DNA of 64,000 nt, from the NCBI GenBank assembly GCA_000989955.1, contig LBTE01000003.1:33847-97846 (forward strand), written 5' to 3'. The notes beneath the pieces are model-generated. The model did not search any database. It saw only the letters and a program-made list of their open reading frames with translations, and had not been told where the DNA came from. This stretch comes from a candidate division TM6 bacterium GW2011_GWF2_37_49 (GTDB taxonomy: Bacteria > Babelota > Babeliae > Babelales > RVW-14). Both the position numbers and the translations under genes were made by a program. Positions 19,575 to 30,128 of the stretch are shown piece after piece. The number at the start of each line of letters is the position of its first letter. Position 1 is the first letter of the stretch.

Positions 19575-19874
19575 ATGGATAAAAGACCAGATTTCAAAAG
19601 CTTTAAAGAAGAGGCTATGAAAAACGCAAAAGTAAGGGCGGAATACGAAGCTTTACGTCCTGAGTTTGAGCTCATGATGGAGTTTATCAGGGCGCGTAAG
19701 GTAGCAAAGTTATCGCAAAAAGCTCTGGCAAAAAAGCTAAAGCTTCAACAACCAGCAATCGCTAGACTAGAAAATGGTGGCTACGCCAAAACTTCTATTT
19801 CTAAACTCTCTAAAGTTGCCAGTATTTTGGGCTTCTCTCTCAAGATTTCTCTGCACGAAAAAAAACGAGCTTAA
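19575..19874 (+). CDS. XRE-family HTH protein (HigA-like antitoxin)
   Basis: RAEYEALRPEF, LSQKALAKKLKLQQPAIARLENG. Confidence 0.85.
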   Translation: MDKRPDFKSFKEEAMKNAKVRAEYEALRPEFELMMEFIRARKVAKLSQKALAKKLKLQQPAIARLENGGYAKTSISKLSKVASILGFSLKISLHEKKRA

Positions 19875-20003
19875 CTCGCAGTTTTTCCAAAACCCATTCG
19901 CCATCCACGACCCAATCGCTGCCAGCAGGCGGGATCTAAAAAATTGTTAATTTATTGGTAGAGTCGATAAGATCGAGACATTGAAGCAACATTATGAATG
20001 TAT
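19869..20003 (-). repeat. 135-bp dispersed intergenic element, copy 6
   Basis: attcg, ccaatc, atctaaaaaattgttaatttattgg, gtcgat, aatgtat at fixed offsets. Confidence 0.9.
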
Positions 20004-20040
20004 AGCCCTGAATATGGCAGCTTTGACGCGCTTAAGATAT

Positions 20041-21147
20041 TTATATATTTTCTTGAAAATTAACAATGAAACTCTGAGTCCATACATTTTTGACTTTTTG
20101 AACTACGGCTTGATCAAAACAGAGAGCAATAACGCAATCGCCACCGCCAGCGCCAGAAAATTTGGCGACAGCCCCACAAGATTCTGCCTGAGCAATCATG
20201 CGTTTGAGCACTGGGGTTTCTAGCTCAACGCCGGAAATAGAAGATAAATTAAGCAGCAGCTGCCGATTTTGCTCTATCAATGATAAAGTATCGGCTTTGT
20301 TACTTTTCTTGATTGCCAATATTAGTTTTAGAACAACAGTATTTATATCATCAAAAATGCTTTTGTAGTCATCAAAATTATTTGTTTTGAATTCATGCAT
20401 TTTTTTAATCATCTCTGTCGTAGACGCGCTAACACCAGAAAATCCGACAACAATTCGTAGCCCCGCAGGCAGTTGTAATTTTTCAATACTAAGGCTTGGC
20501 CATGGCATAGACACAAGATAGCTCAACGGTAGGCCTTCGCGGATGGCTTTTTCCAAAAACAATGGATCAAAACACGAATATGCAAGCGTCGTTTGACATG
20601 TAGATGCTGCAACATCAAATCCACTGCCAATTTTGCCCGAAGCAAGATAGTGCGCAATGCAGGCGAGTTTAAAGATAATGTCTTGAACAGATTCGACTTC
20701 AACATCAAGGCCATGAAGCGCCAAAATTGCCTTGCAAACGGCAACTGTTGTTGCAGCGCTGCTGCCAATACCCATTTTCAAAAAGTTGGAAGATGCTGTA
20801 TCGAGCGTGGATAGTTCCGATTTTATGGATATTTCAAAACCTTCTATTTTTTTTGACTGTTCTTGTAAAAATTGCAAAGTAACCTGTGTTGAATAAAAAC
20901 AAAATTTAAATCTTGCCCAAAATTCATCCGTTTTGGCTTGATCTACACTAAAGTTCTGTCCATCCCAAAAACCCGTTACATTCTGAAGCCCAACGTCTGG
21001 AGCATGAAAAATAATATTGTCCACCGCAGTGATTGATGCTTCTACAAATTTATCAACAGCTGTGACGATGCAAAGATTGCCTGCTTCCAGCACACTCCAC
21101 TCTCCAGCAAGCATAATTTTCCCGGGCGATTTAACTTTTAACATCAA
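20041..21147 (-). CDS. mvaK2: Phosphomevalonate kinase (GHMP family)
   Basis: PGKIMLAGEWSVL, KMGIGSSAA, GSGFDVAAS, KFSGAGGGDC; adjacent to mvaD. Confidence 0.88.
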   Translation of the reverse strand: MMLKVKSPGKIMLAGEWSVLEAGNLCIVTAVDKFVEASITAVDNIIFHAPDVGLQNVTGFWDGQNFSVDQAKTDEFWARFKFCFYSTQVTLQFLQEQSKKIEGFEISIKSELSTLDTASSNFLKMGIGSSAATTVAVCKAILALHGLDVEVESVQDIIFKLACIAHYLASGKIGSGFDVAASTCQTTLAYSCFDPLFLEKAIREGLPLSYLVSMPWPSLSIEKLQLPAGLRIVVGFSGVSASTTEMIKKMHEFKTNNFDDYKSIFDDINTVVLKLILAIKKSNKADTLSLIEQNRQLLLNLSSISGVELETPVLKRMIAQAESCGAVAKFSGAGGGDCVIALCFDQAVVQKVKNVWTQSFIVNFQENI

Positions 21148-21164
21148 TTCAAAATCTCAATATT

Positions 21165-22118
21165 TTATGCAATTTTACTTACAATTATTTGCTCAATTCC
21201 ATCAATAGTTTTTAACTTGTCTAAAACGCTCTCTTGATTTGATGCATCTGTAATGATTTTAACGTTTGGGCCGGCATCGATCGTGAAATAGCATTGAATT
21301 CCAAATTCTCTTAAAAATTTAACCATATCCATCACTGCCACAGTTTTATCATTAAAATAATTAATCGCTGGGGTTGAATCTTGCATGGCTTGGTGCATTT
21401 CAAGACAATCAAGTTCGGCCAAAGTACCGACAGATTCAATATTTTTTTGCCTAATCGCTTCGATCATATCATTTAAACGTAGTTCCGAGCGCATTATCCA
21501 ATCGGTATAAGATTTAGACGTTGCAACAGTAATTTGCATGCCATTGCTAGAGCTAATTTTTTTCTGCGCTGATTGTACAACCACAACGATGATTCGAAAT
21601 TCTGGCCAATGACCAGCATCAAATAACTGCTTAGCAAAACAATCTGAGCCGTCATCCATTGAACCTTTGTGCCAAACAACAAAACCTCCATAAACAGATC
21701 GGCTTGCTGACCCAGAACCAAGTCTTGCAACCATTGATAACTCTTTTTTATCAAGATTTAATGCGCATAAATCGTTAAGAGCTTGTGCCAAAGCTGCAAA
21801 AGCACTTGAGCTGCTGGCAAGTCCTGCGGCTGTAGGAAAATTATTAGATGAATCAACTGTGAAATATTTATTAATTCCAAATTTTTGGCGAAATTTATTT
21901 AGAAATTTTATAAGCTTTGCCAAAGCATAACCTTCTACATTGATTCCATTAATCAAAAGGCTGTCCGCATCACTAAATCTAATTTTGGTTAATGTACTCA
22001 ATGCTTCAAGCGAAACAGAAAGACTACTTTTTGTTGGAAGCATCAAATCTTCATTGCGCTTACCCCAGTATTTTATCAGGGCTATGTTTGCACAAGCTTT
22101 TGTGGTTGCATAATTCAT
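21165..22118 (-). CDS. mvaD: Diphosphomevalonate decarboxylase
   Basis: NIALIKYWGKR, NNFPTAAGLASSSS, GSGSASRS, FTIDAGPNVK. Confidence 0.96.
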   Translation of the reverse strand: MNYATTKACANIALIKYWGKRNEDLMLPTKSSLSVSLEALSTLTKIRFSDADSLLINGINVEGYALAKLIKFLNKFRQKFGINKYFTVDSSNNFPTAAGLASSSSAFAALAQALNDLCALNLDKKELSMVARLGSGSASRSVYGGFVVWHKGSMDDGSDCFAKQLFDAGHWPEFRIIVVVVQSAQKKISSSNGMQITVATSKSYTDWIMRSELRLNDMIEAIRQKNIESVGTLAELDCLEMHQAMQDSTPAINYFNDKTVAVMDMVKFLREFGIQCYFTIDAGPNVKIITDASNQESVLDKLKTIDGIEQIIVSKIA

Positions 22119-22133
22119 TAGAATGCCTCAAGA

Positions 22134-22805
22134 TTAAAGTACAATTAACAAAAGCAAAAATAACAAAGCACAGGCAAAAACAGAATCAAATCTGTCTAAA
22201 AAACCTCCATGGCCAGGCAAAGCATTGCCAGCATCTTTTAGTCCTTTGCGGCGCTTTAAAAACGACAATAAAAAGCCACCTGCAAACGCGCAAAGTGTAA
22301 ATAGTACAGAAAACAAAAACAAACTCAGCATATTCAAGCTTAATAGCCATGAAATTTCAATTCGAGGAACAATAAAAATATTTAGAATGAAAACGGCAAA
22401 AATGCTACCAAACAAGCCCTCCCATGATTTTCCAGGACTTACGGTTGGACACATTTTATGGGAACCAAAGGCTTTTCCGAAAATATATCCGAAAGTATCT
22501 GCCGTCCAAGCAACTAAGATAGGATAAAGCGGAATCAGTAAATTCAAGGTGTGATATTTGTAGTTTAAATACATGAGACTGCCGATAGAAAGGCCTGGAT
22601 AGATCAAAGCAGTTGCAACAAAAAATATCGGATGCAAATCTACAAGTTTAGGTAATTCAAATAATGTAATAATCACGAATATGGCCACAAACATCATTGA
22701 AAAAAGTTCAATCGAATGTAGGTAAGCTCCGCCAACACAAAACAGTAAAATAATTGATGTAAATAAACGCTTAAAAAATTCTAAACTAAAAATAAAATTA
22801 ATCAT
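22134..22805 (-). CDS. cdsA: Phosphatidate cytidylyltransferase
   Basis: DTFGYIFG, SPGKSWEG, KD.G..LPGHGGFLDRFDS; ATG 22805 overlaps truA stop. Confidence 0.93.
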   Translation of the reverse strand: MINFIFSLEFFKRLFTSIILLFCVGGAYLHSIELFSMMFVAIFVIITLFELPKLVDLHPIFFVATALIYPGLSIGSLMYLNYKYHTLNLLIPLYPILVAWTADTFGYIFGKAFGSHKMCPTVSPGKSWEGLFGSIFAVFILNIFIVPRIEISWLLSLNMLSLFLFSVLFTLCAFAGGFLLSFLKRRKGLKDAGNALPGHGGFLDRFDSVFACALLFLLLLIVL

Positions 22806-23554
22806 TTGTAAACAACCTTTCGCAAACAAAGTCCGCAACCCTCAGCCTTTGTCAAAATTTGTTTTGGATCTGGGTTGTCCAAAAGTCCTTGCAGGTAGTT
22901 TATCGACAAATCAGGCCTTCTGACAACATCTAAGGCATATCCGATCATTCTTCTAATTTGAAAGTGTAAAAAACCTGGCCCCTTAATTATAATTCTTACA
23001 GCTCCGAATCTTGCCAATTTTTCAACTTCTATGCTATCAATTCTTCGAATCGTGCTTTTGCCCTCTTCTTCAATTTTGCAAAATGATGCGAAATCGTGCT
23101 CACCAACGTAGAGCTGCAACGTTTTGTAAAATTGATCAAGGTCAATCTTATTAATGAATTTGTATTGCCAGCCATACCTCGCAACAAAAGGAAGCGGGCG
23201 TTGCAAAAAAAGATGGTAATAATAAGTTTTTTGTAAAACATTGAAACATGGGTGAAAATCGTCATCTACCTCAGACAGCTCGCGAATAAAAATGCTACCA
23301 GGCAAACGAGCATTCCATGCCGATTGAATTATGTTGTTAGGAATATTTAAATCATCACATCTAAAAACAGCAACCTGGCCCAGTGCATGAACGCCACCAT
23401 CCGTCCTTGACGATCCTATCAACGAAATATTTTGCCCAAACACATGATAAAAAGCCTTTTCAATAGCAGAAGAAACGGTAATAACATTTGTTTGTTTTTG
23501 CCATCCAAAAAAATCTGTACCATCATACGCTATCACTACTTTAAATTTTGGCAT
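22802..23554 (-). CDS. truA: tRNA pseudouridine(38-40) synthase
   Basis: YDGTDFFGWQ.Q, SRTDGGVHALGQV, GEHDFASF, FLHFQIRRMIG. Confidence 0.95.
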   Translation of the reverse strand: MPKFKVVIAYDGTDFFGWQKQTNVITVSSAIEKAFYHVFGQNISLIGSSRTDGGVHALGQVAVFRCDDLNIPNNIIQSAWNARLPGSIFIRELSEVDDDFHPCFNVLQKTYYYHLFLQRPLPFVARYGWQYKFINKIDLDQFYKTLQLYVGEHDFASFCKIEEEGKSTIRRIDSIEVEKLARFGAVRIIIKGPGFLHFQIRRMIGYALDVVRRPDLSINYLQGLLDNPDPKQILTKAEGCGLCLRKVVYK

Positions 23555-23574
23555 TTTTAGTCCCTAATACCCAT

Positions 23575-23630
23575 AAAAAGCTAAACCCCCATCCAGGCGA
23601 ACGCCTAGGACAGGGGAAATGGAGGTTATC
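23575..23630 (-). terminator. GC-rich hairpin with U-rich tail; terminator or small-RNA 3' end
   Basis: Minus strand cccctgtcctaggc-gttc-gcctggatggggg-tttagctttt. Confidence 0.55.
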
Positions 23631-23718
23631 AAATCTAATCATCACGTATCTTACAACAGCTAAAATTAAAAATCAAACTAAATTTGAAGAACAAAGTTAT
23701 TGTTGAACAGCTGTACAC

Positions 23719-24870
23719 TTAAGGTTTAACTGAAATTTCCAGATATATTTTTTTGTAATCGTTAACCACTTTTTGAATCGAAAATTTTTCAGCAACAAGC
23801 TTTAAATTGCAAGCAGAAATTTGATTGCGAAGAGACGGTGATAAATATAGTGTATTAATTGCTTGGGCATATTCAGCGACATCCGTCGGCGCTACTAAAA
23901 AACCATTTATTTTATCTTTAATAACATCGTGCTGTTTGTCGTGATGAGTAGAAATCACAGGAAGGCCGAACGATAATGCCTCAAGCAATGAGATAGATAA
24001 ACCCTCGCTTTTTGATGAAAGTGCAAAGCAGTCAAATAAATGATAAAACCGATACGCATTTTCACGAAATCCGGTAAATATAACGTTATTTGATAAACCT
24101 AAATCCCGTGATAATTGTTGTAACGTAATAAATTGGCTACCGTCTCCAATAATTACAAGTTTTAAGTTAGGCGAATGTTCTTCGTTTTTTTTATAAAAAG
24201 CAGCAAAAGCCCGAATTAATACATCATACGACTTTATGGGCTCGAGCCTGCCAACGGCTCCTACAACAAAATCATTATCCGACAAACCCAAATCAGCTCG
24301 TTGCAGTTTGCAATAAAAAGCCTTCTCCCTTAATTCCTCAAAATTTATTCCATTTTTTATAACGGTTAAATTTTGCGCAATGCTATTTTTTACATAATTA
24401 TTTTTAATTGAATTTACTATGCACTTAGAATATGAAGCCCTCACGCTCTCTGAAACTGCCACAATTTTTGCAGCGGAAGATGCAGTGAATCGGTCCAAAA
24501 AATTTCTAAATCGACCTTCGTCAAAGCTTGAGCCGTGCAAATCGCAAACAAGCGGCACAACGGTAAATTTAGCCAAAATTCTTGAAATAATATTTGCAGA
24601 CCATAAAGAAGAATGTAATAGATCGGGTTTTATTTTTGTTATGAGACGCTTTAACCGTAAAAAAAGAAGGGGCGAGTAACAAATATATCGCCCCGAAATT
24701 TTAAAAACAGGAATGCCAAGATCTTTAATTTTATCAACGTTGGGACCATCATAAAGATATGCAACAACGTGTTGATCTTCTGTATCAGATACAGATTTTG
24801 CTAGATAATTATATAAAGCACTTTCAGCGCCACCAAATTTCAAACTTGTTATAAAATGCAAAATTTTCAT
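23719..24870 (-). CDS. Glycosyltransferase family 4 (GT-B)
   Basis: GGAE, VGRLEPIK, IGDG, SKSEGLSISLLEALSFGLPVI. Confidence 0.9.
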   Translation of the reverse strand: MKILHFITSLKFGGAESALYNYLAKSVSDTEDQHVVAYLYDGPNVDKIKDLGIPVFKISGRYICYSPLLFLRLKRLITKIKPDLLHSSLWSANIISRILAKFTVVPLVCDLHGSSFDEGRFRNFLDRFTASSAAKIVAVSESVRASYSKCIVNSIKNNYVKNSIAQNLTVIKNGINFEELREKAFYCKLQRADLGLSDNDFVVGAVGRLEPIKSYDVLIRAFAAFYKKNEEHSPNLKLVIIGDGSQFITLQQLSRDLGLSNNVIFTGFRENAYRFYHLFDCFALSSKSEGLSISLLEALSFGLPVISTHHDKQHDVIKDKINGFLVAPTDVAEYAQAINTLYLSPSLRNQISACNLKLVAEKFSIQKVVNDYKKIYLEISVKP

Positions 24871-24887
24871 TGCACTTTATTCAATTT

Positions 24888-27371
24888 TTATTCGGCATCA
24901 TCTACATCATCCTCATCATCCAAACAAGAGTCCAAGTTACGAATAGGAGCCTCAACTCCTTTTTCAAAGAAGTTTACTAAGCGCTTACTTCTAGACGGAT
25001 GTCGTAGTTTGCGAAGTGCTTTAACTTCAATTTGGCGAATTCGCTCACGCGTAACAGAAAAGTCTTTACCTACCTCTTCAAGAGTATGCTCTGAAGCAAC
25101 GTCAATACCAAATCGCATCTTCAAAACCTTTTCCTCACGAGGAGTCAAAGTTTTAAGAACTTCGCGAACTTTTTCTTTCAAATCTTCGTTAACAACAGCA
25201 TCAACTGGAGAGTATTCATTCTCATCCTCGATGAAATCTTTTAAAGATGTATCGTCACTATCGCCAACTGGTGTTTCAAGAGAGACTGGTTCTTTTGATA
25301 TTTTAATAATATTTTTTATCTTTTTTTCTTCTAAATTCAGCTCTTTGGCAAGTTCAGAATAAGTCGGTTCTCTACCAGCTTCTTGAATATAATTTCGAGT
25401 AATTTTATTGATCTTACTTAGGGTTTCAACCATATGTACAGGAACACGAATTGTACGTGATTGATCAGCAATTGCACGTGTTATAGCCTGACGTATCCAC
25501 CAAGTTGCATATGTTGAAAATTTAAAACCACGCTCAAACTCAAACTTTTCAACTGCTTTTAACAATCCAATATTACCCTCTTGAATCAAATCCAAGAAAT
25601 GTAAGCCTCTATTGATATATTTTTTTGCAATATTAACAACAAGCCGTAAATTTGCACGCGCAAGATCGTCTTTGGCCTCTTTATCTTTTTTCTGAGCCAA
25701 TGCAAATTGCATGTACAAAGACGCTATCTTCTCTTTTTGTAAGCCAGCCTCTTGCTCAGTTTTTTTAATCATCTTTTGAGAGCTACGAATGGATGATTCA
25801 AATCCTGCTATTTGATTAATATCGTCTTGTGTTTGTTTTTTAAGATTTTTATAAAACTTAAGTTTTTCATCTAATCCTTTAATTTCCGTTTCACGCTCTT
25901 GAATTTTGAAGACCAACTTTTCAATACGCTTACCAAATTTACGTATAAGTTTATTTGAATATTTGATGTCAGTAATCGCTTTTACGACGTTTTTCTTATT
26001 TTGATCAACCTTGGTAAACATTTCTTTTTTTTTGGCTTCACTTTCTAGCTGCCCACGATAGGATCGATAAATTTTATCCTCGTTTTCGATTAAATCTTTT
26101 ATTTTATTAAGATGCTCTAAAAGCCTAATCTTTTCCTCTTCAAATTTTGGAGAATTATCCTCATCAAAATCAGAAAATTGAATTATCTCTTTTAAAAACA
26201 AAGGATCGCGTTCAAGTCGCTCTGAAAACCCAACCAACTCTTTTGCAACAAATGGAAATTGTGATATACTGTCAATAGATTGCTTTTTACCTTCGGCTAT
26301 TTTATCAGCAATAACCTTTTCAGTCGTTTTATTCAAAAGAGGAATTTTCCCTATCTCCTTTAAATAAAGTTTAACCGGATCATTTAATTGGCTAGGTTCG
26401 ATAAAACTTTTTAATCTTTCTAGCTCTTTGTCATGCTCAAAATCATCGTCAAGTCCAACATATTCGGAACTTTCAAGTGAAGCCTTTAAATCTTTTTTGG
26501 CTGGCAATGCCCCAGATTCTTCTTCGCCAAAAAAACCACCTTCAGAAAGCCCACCTTCAAGCTCGTCCTGCATAATAAAATCTATATTCTCTTTTTCAAA
26601 CATGCTTACAAGCTCGTTTGTGTCTTCCTCTCCCAACTTGTTTTTTGATGTAAAGGCAAGCAATTCTTCATAGCTAAGAACACCCTCATTTTTACCTTTT
26701 TCAATTAATGCGGCTACCTGCTTTTCAAGTAGCTTGAGTGAATTTACCTGCGTAGCACCACTTTCCTCAGCTTCAATTAATACAAAATCTTCATCATCGA
26801 GAGAGACTTCATCCAGCCCAAGGTCCTTGATTGAATCTTTAATATTTGAGACATGCGCAATTTTCGATTTTTCATTCAACGCATGCGCAGATAGAACAAC
26901 ATTTTTTGTTTTTTTATTTTCGATAGCCGATGTCTTCAATAATTTTGCATTTTTAGGATTTTCCACTTTTATTTTTTCAGCCACCTTAACCTGATCTTTT
27001 GTTTCTACTAAAGCTTTTTTGTGCTCAATTTTAGCTGGCTTAGCTATTGATTTAATTTTAACAGAATATGGCTTTGCAATAATTTTCACTTTGACCTTGG
27101 CGGAACTTTTGGAAATCAAAGCATGACGTGTAGTAGCAGCTTTTGCAATAAATTTTTTGGCTTTTTTTACAAACTTAGCGTTTTTAGATTTTGTTAAATT
27201 TTGTTGTTTTTTTAAAGTTTTTGCAACCAACTTTTCAGCCTTTTTTTTTAGCTTAGATTGAACAGGCTTAGCTACTTTTTTTTGCAACTGAGCCTTTTTT
27301 TTGTCACCAGGCTTTGTCATCTTTTTATTCTCTTTTTTATTTATCTTTAATTTTTTAATCATTTTTTTCAT
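24888..27371 (-). CDS. rpoD: Primary sigma factor with long Lys-rich N-terminal extension
   Basis: [60 protein letters not shown]. Confidence 0.97.
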   Translation of the reverse strand: MKKMIKKLKINKKENKKMTKPGDKKKAQLQKKVAKPVQSKLKKKAEKLVAKTLKKQQNLTKSKNAKFVKKAKKFIAKAATTRHALISKSSAKVKVKIIAKPYSVKIKSIAKPAKIEHKKALVETKDQVKVAEKIKVENPKNAKLLKTSAIENKKTKNVVLSAHALNEKSKIAHVSNIKDSIKDLGLDEVSLDDEDFVLIEAEESGATQVNSLKLLEKQVAALIEKGKNEGVLSYEELLAFTSKNKLGEEDTNELVSMFEKENIDFIMQDELEGGLSEGGFFGEEESGALPAKKDLKASLESSEYVGLDDDFEHDKELERLKSFIEPSQLNDPVKLYLKEIGKIPLLNKTTEKVIADKIAEGKKQSIDSISQFPFVAKELVGFSERLERDPLFLKEIIQFSDFDEDNSPKFEEEKIRLLEHLNKIKDLIENEDKIYRSYRGQLESEAKKKEMFTKVDQNKKNVVKAITDIKYSNKLIRKFGKRIEKLVFKIQERETEIKGLDEKLKFYKNLKKQTQDDINQIAGFESSIRSSQKMIKKTEQEAGLQKEKIASLYMQFALAQKKDKEAKDDLARANLRLVVNIAKKYINRGLHFLDLIQEGNIGLLKAVEKFEFERGFKFSTYATWWIRQAITRAIADQSRTIRVPVHMVETLSKINKITRNYIQEAGREPTYSELAKELNLEEKKIKNIIKISKEPVSLETPVGDSDDTSLKDFIEDENEYSPVDAVVNEDLKEKVREVLKTLTPREEKVLKMRFGIDVASEHTLEEVGKDFSVTRERIRQIEVKALRKLRHPSRSKRLVNFFEKGVEAPIRNLDSCLDDEDDVDDAE

Positions 27372-29230
27372 ATTAGTCCCCGGCTTTGCATCCCCTCCTT
27401 CAACTTCAAAAATTTAATCAACAAATCGTTAAGTCTTGTGGGATTGTTCATCTCCTTTGCTTTTGCCATTTCATCCTTGATTCCATGCAAAATAAACTTC
27501 CAGTTGATTTTGCAAAATTTAAATACCAACTGATCAAATGCCTCTTTTGACAAATCTGCACAATGCTTAACACTTAATTTAATAACAAAATTCTTTTCAT
27601 CTAGCTCAAGCCTGTCAAGAAATCGCAAAAATAGGCTTTTACTGCCCTGAGATTCTCCACAATTTTTAATAAAAACATAAAGTTTTTTTAAAAGCTTTTG
27701 GAAGTTTTCTGAAAAATATGGAAGTAAGTATTCATCCAATCGCACATTCCCTCGCATTTTCAATTCACTATCTAGTATAGCAGAAAATATTTTTTCTTCT
27801 AGCAAATTCAAGTCACTATCGGCGGAATAACCATCCAACTCACTCGTCAACAAGCTGGCATCGGTATTATCAGATGTCAAATTTTCGAATTGATCTTTTG
27901 CCTCGTAACTTTGGCTTAAATATTGATCAACGTGTGCCTTTTTTTGCTTTTGACGATCAAGAAGGCTTTTAAGCGAATCAAATGGCAAATTCATGACCAT
28001 TGAAGCCTGAGAAAGCAAAAGATCCCGCTTAAACGAATCGCCAATCTTAGCGATGACACCAATAATTTTCTCAGCTAGAAACATTTTTTCAGATAAAGCT
28101 TTTTGCTGAAAGTTTGCTCCCAATGAATTAATGAAAAAATTAAATATATCCAAAGATTTTTGTATAAAAAGCTCCATATTATAGCCATTTTGTAACAATG
28201 ACGCTGGATCATCTTCGGCAGGCAACTGGATTACATGCAAGTCCAATTTGGCCTCCCAACAAAATTCTGCCAGTCGTAAAATCGCGTTTTGTCCAGCTTT
28301 GTCGCCATCATACAAAACATATAAAGCTTTAATATATCTTGAAAGCTGCTTTAAGTGATCAATCGTACAAGCAGTCCCAAGTGTTGCTACTGTATTTTTA
28401 TAGCCAAACTGAGCCATCATGATACAGTCTAGATAACCCTCGACTAAAAACCCAACCCCCTTTTCATGCATTGACTTTTTAGCACTGTCAAATGCAAAAA
28501 GCAATTTGCCTTTGATAAAGCCATCAGATTCTCGACTGTTGTAATACTTTGGCCTATCATCCCCAGCTTTAAAAATACGCCCACCAAAGCCACAAAATCG
28601 ATTAGTCGAATCTTTTATTGGGAACAATATTCTTTCTTCAAACGGTGAATAAATATTTGATCTACCTTCATGCAAAATGCCAGAATCCAAAAGATCTTTG
28701 AGTAAAATGCCTTCATGCGCCATGTCTTTCAGAAATCTATTAATTTTGTTTACTCCGCCAGGAAAATATCCTATCAAAAAACTATTTATGGACTCATCAT
28801 TAATTCCACGGCTTTTGATATAGCCCAAAGCAATTTTATCATTCAAAAGCTGTTGATTGGCCCATAGCGCAAAAGCCTTACAAACCGCAAAATATGCATA
28901 CTTTTCTTCAGTATTTTCGGATACAAAATTTTTTGATTTTTGCAATTCTTGTGGCAATTCAATTCTGTATCGCTCGATTAAAAACTTGGCAGCCTGTAAT
29001 TGATTCAAGTTTTCAATTTTTGCGATAAACGAAATTGCATCGCCTGAAGCGTGACATCCAAAACAGTAAAAAATTTGCTTGTCAGGACTAACCGTAAAAG
29101 AGGCATCTTTTTCGCTGTGGAACGGGCAAGATCCCTTTAAATATAGCCCTATCGGTCGAATCTGAACATAACCAGAAACAACGTCTACTATTGATAATTG
29201 CGATTTTAAAAAATCAAAAAGCGATGACAT
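27368..29230 (-). CDS. dnaG: DNA primase
   Basis: [16 protein letters not shown] zinc finger, KYYNS, VEGYLD, YDGDKAG TOPRIM. Confidence 0.96.
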   Translation of the reverse strand: MSSLFDFLKSQLSIVDVVSGYVQIRPIGLYLKGSCPFHSEKDASFTVSPDKQIFYCFGCHASGDAISFIAKIENLNQLQAAKFLIERYRIELPQELQKSKNFVSENTEEKYAYFAVCKAFALWANQQLLNDKIALGYIKSRGINDESINSFLIGYFPGGVNKINRFLKDMAHEGILLKDLLDSGILHEGRSNIYSPFEERILFPIKDSTNRFCGFGGRIFKAGDDRPKYYNSRESDGFIKGKLLFAFDSAKKSMHEKGVGFLVEGYLDCIMMAQFGYKNTVATLGTACTIDHLKQLSRYIKALYVLYDGDKAGQNAILRLAEFCWEAKLDLHVIQLPAEDDPASLLQNGYNMELFIQKSLDIFNFFINSLGANFQQKALSEKMFLAEKIIGVIAKIGDSFKRDLLLSQASMVMNLPFDSLKSLLDRQKQKKAHVDQYLSQSYEAKDQFENLTSDNTDASLLTSELDGYSADSDLNLLEEKIFSAILDSELKMRGNVRLDEYLLPYFSENFQKLLKKLYVFIKNCGESQGSKSLFLRFLDRLELDEKNFVIKLSVKHCADLSKEAFDQLVFKFCKINWKFILHGIKDEMAKAKEMNNPTRLNDLLIKFLKLKEGMQSRGLI

Positions 29231-29235
29231 AAAAA

Positions 29236-30033
29236 TTACTGCGTTTTTTTATTATATAAACCGATTGTAAAAAAGGCTCCCAAAGCTCCGATCAAAACAA
29301 CTAAAACACTAACTTGAATCCCAGAAAGAAGGAAATCACAATTTAAAAAATTAAAATGTGTTAAATCGCCTCTATCACCTCGATAAAAGTCTATAAAAAA
29401 CCTTGCAAGGCTATCAAAACATAGATACGCAAATGTTATTTGTCCGTTTTTGTTTAAAACGTTACGTAACAAAAATAGAGCAACAAAAATCAGTAATGAC
29501 GTAACGCTCAAATAAAGCTGTGTTGGATATAACGGCACATTTAATGGGGCTATGCTGTTGGTATTTGTGAAGATTACAGCAAATAAATTATCGTAGCATT
29601 CAACTCCGTAGCAACATCCTGCTAGAAAGCAGCCTATTCTTCCAAATGCTTGCACAATCGGCACATAAATAGCGATAAGGTCGAAGTATTTAAAAATTGC
29701 AACCTCTATCCACCACAAATAAATTGATAGAGTCAGCAATACGCCAAGAATTGAGCCTAAAATTACAAAACCGCCGTCCCAGACCCTAAAAATATTCAGC
29801 CAATTCTTCGCAAATGAGCTCCATTCGTAAAAAACAAAAAATGCTCGACCGCCAATAAGCCCTGAAATAAGGCCAATAATCATGGTATTTAAATACTGAT
29901 CATCACAAATTATTTCTCGACGTTTTTTGTTATAAAAAGTGCACAACAAAAACATTGAAAAACCTAAAACTATCATAACACCATACGATTGAACACAAAA
30001 AGGGCCGTAAATATGCATTATTCTTGGATACAT
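29236..30033 (-). CDS. lgt: Prolipoprotein diacylglyceryl transferase
   Basis: GGR, W.GG, QAFGRIGCFLAGCCYG, PTQLY, RFFIDFYRGD. Confidence 0.92.
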   Translation of the reverse strand: MYPRIMHIYGPFCVQSYGVMIVLGFSMFLLCTFYNKKRREIICDDQYLNTMIIGLISGLIGGRAFFVFYEWSSFAKNWLNIFRVWDGGFVILGSILGVLLTLSIYLWWIEVAIFKYFDLIAIYVPIVQAFGRIGCFLAGCCYGVECYDNLFAVIFTNTNSIAPLNVPLYPTQLYLSVTSLLIFVALFLLRNVLNKNGQITFAYLCFDSLARFFIDFYRGDRGDLTHFNFLNCDFLLSGIQVSVLVVLIGALGAFFTIGLYNKKTQ

Positions 30034-30128
30034 AAAACATCCTTTGAAAAAATATGCGCTAATTTAATATAATTTCGATTGTATCAAAAATATCCCCACA
30101 TCGATAGCCAATTTTTGGAGAAATTGTC

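Noticed and set aside
24856-25362. 168-aa plus-strand ORF and similar shadows (39185, 58000, 5229, 63479)
   Set aside because: Antisense to well-supported genes; no independent motifs
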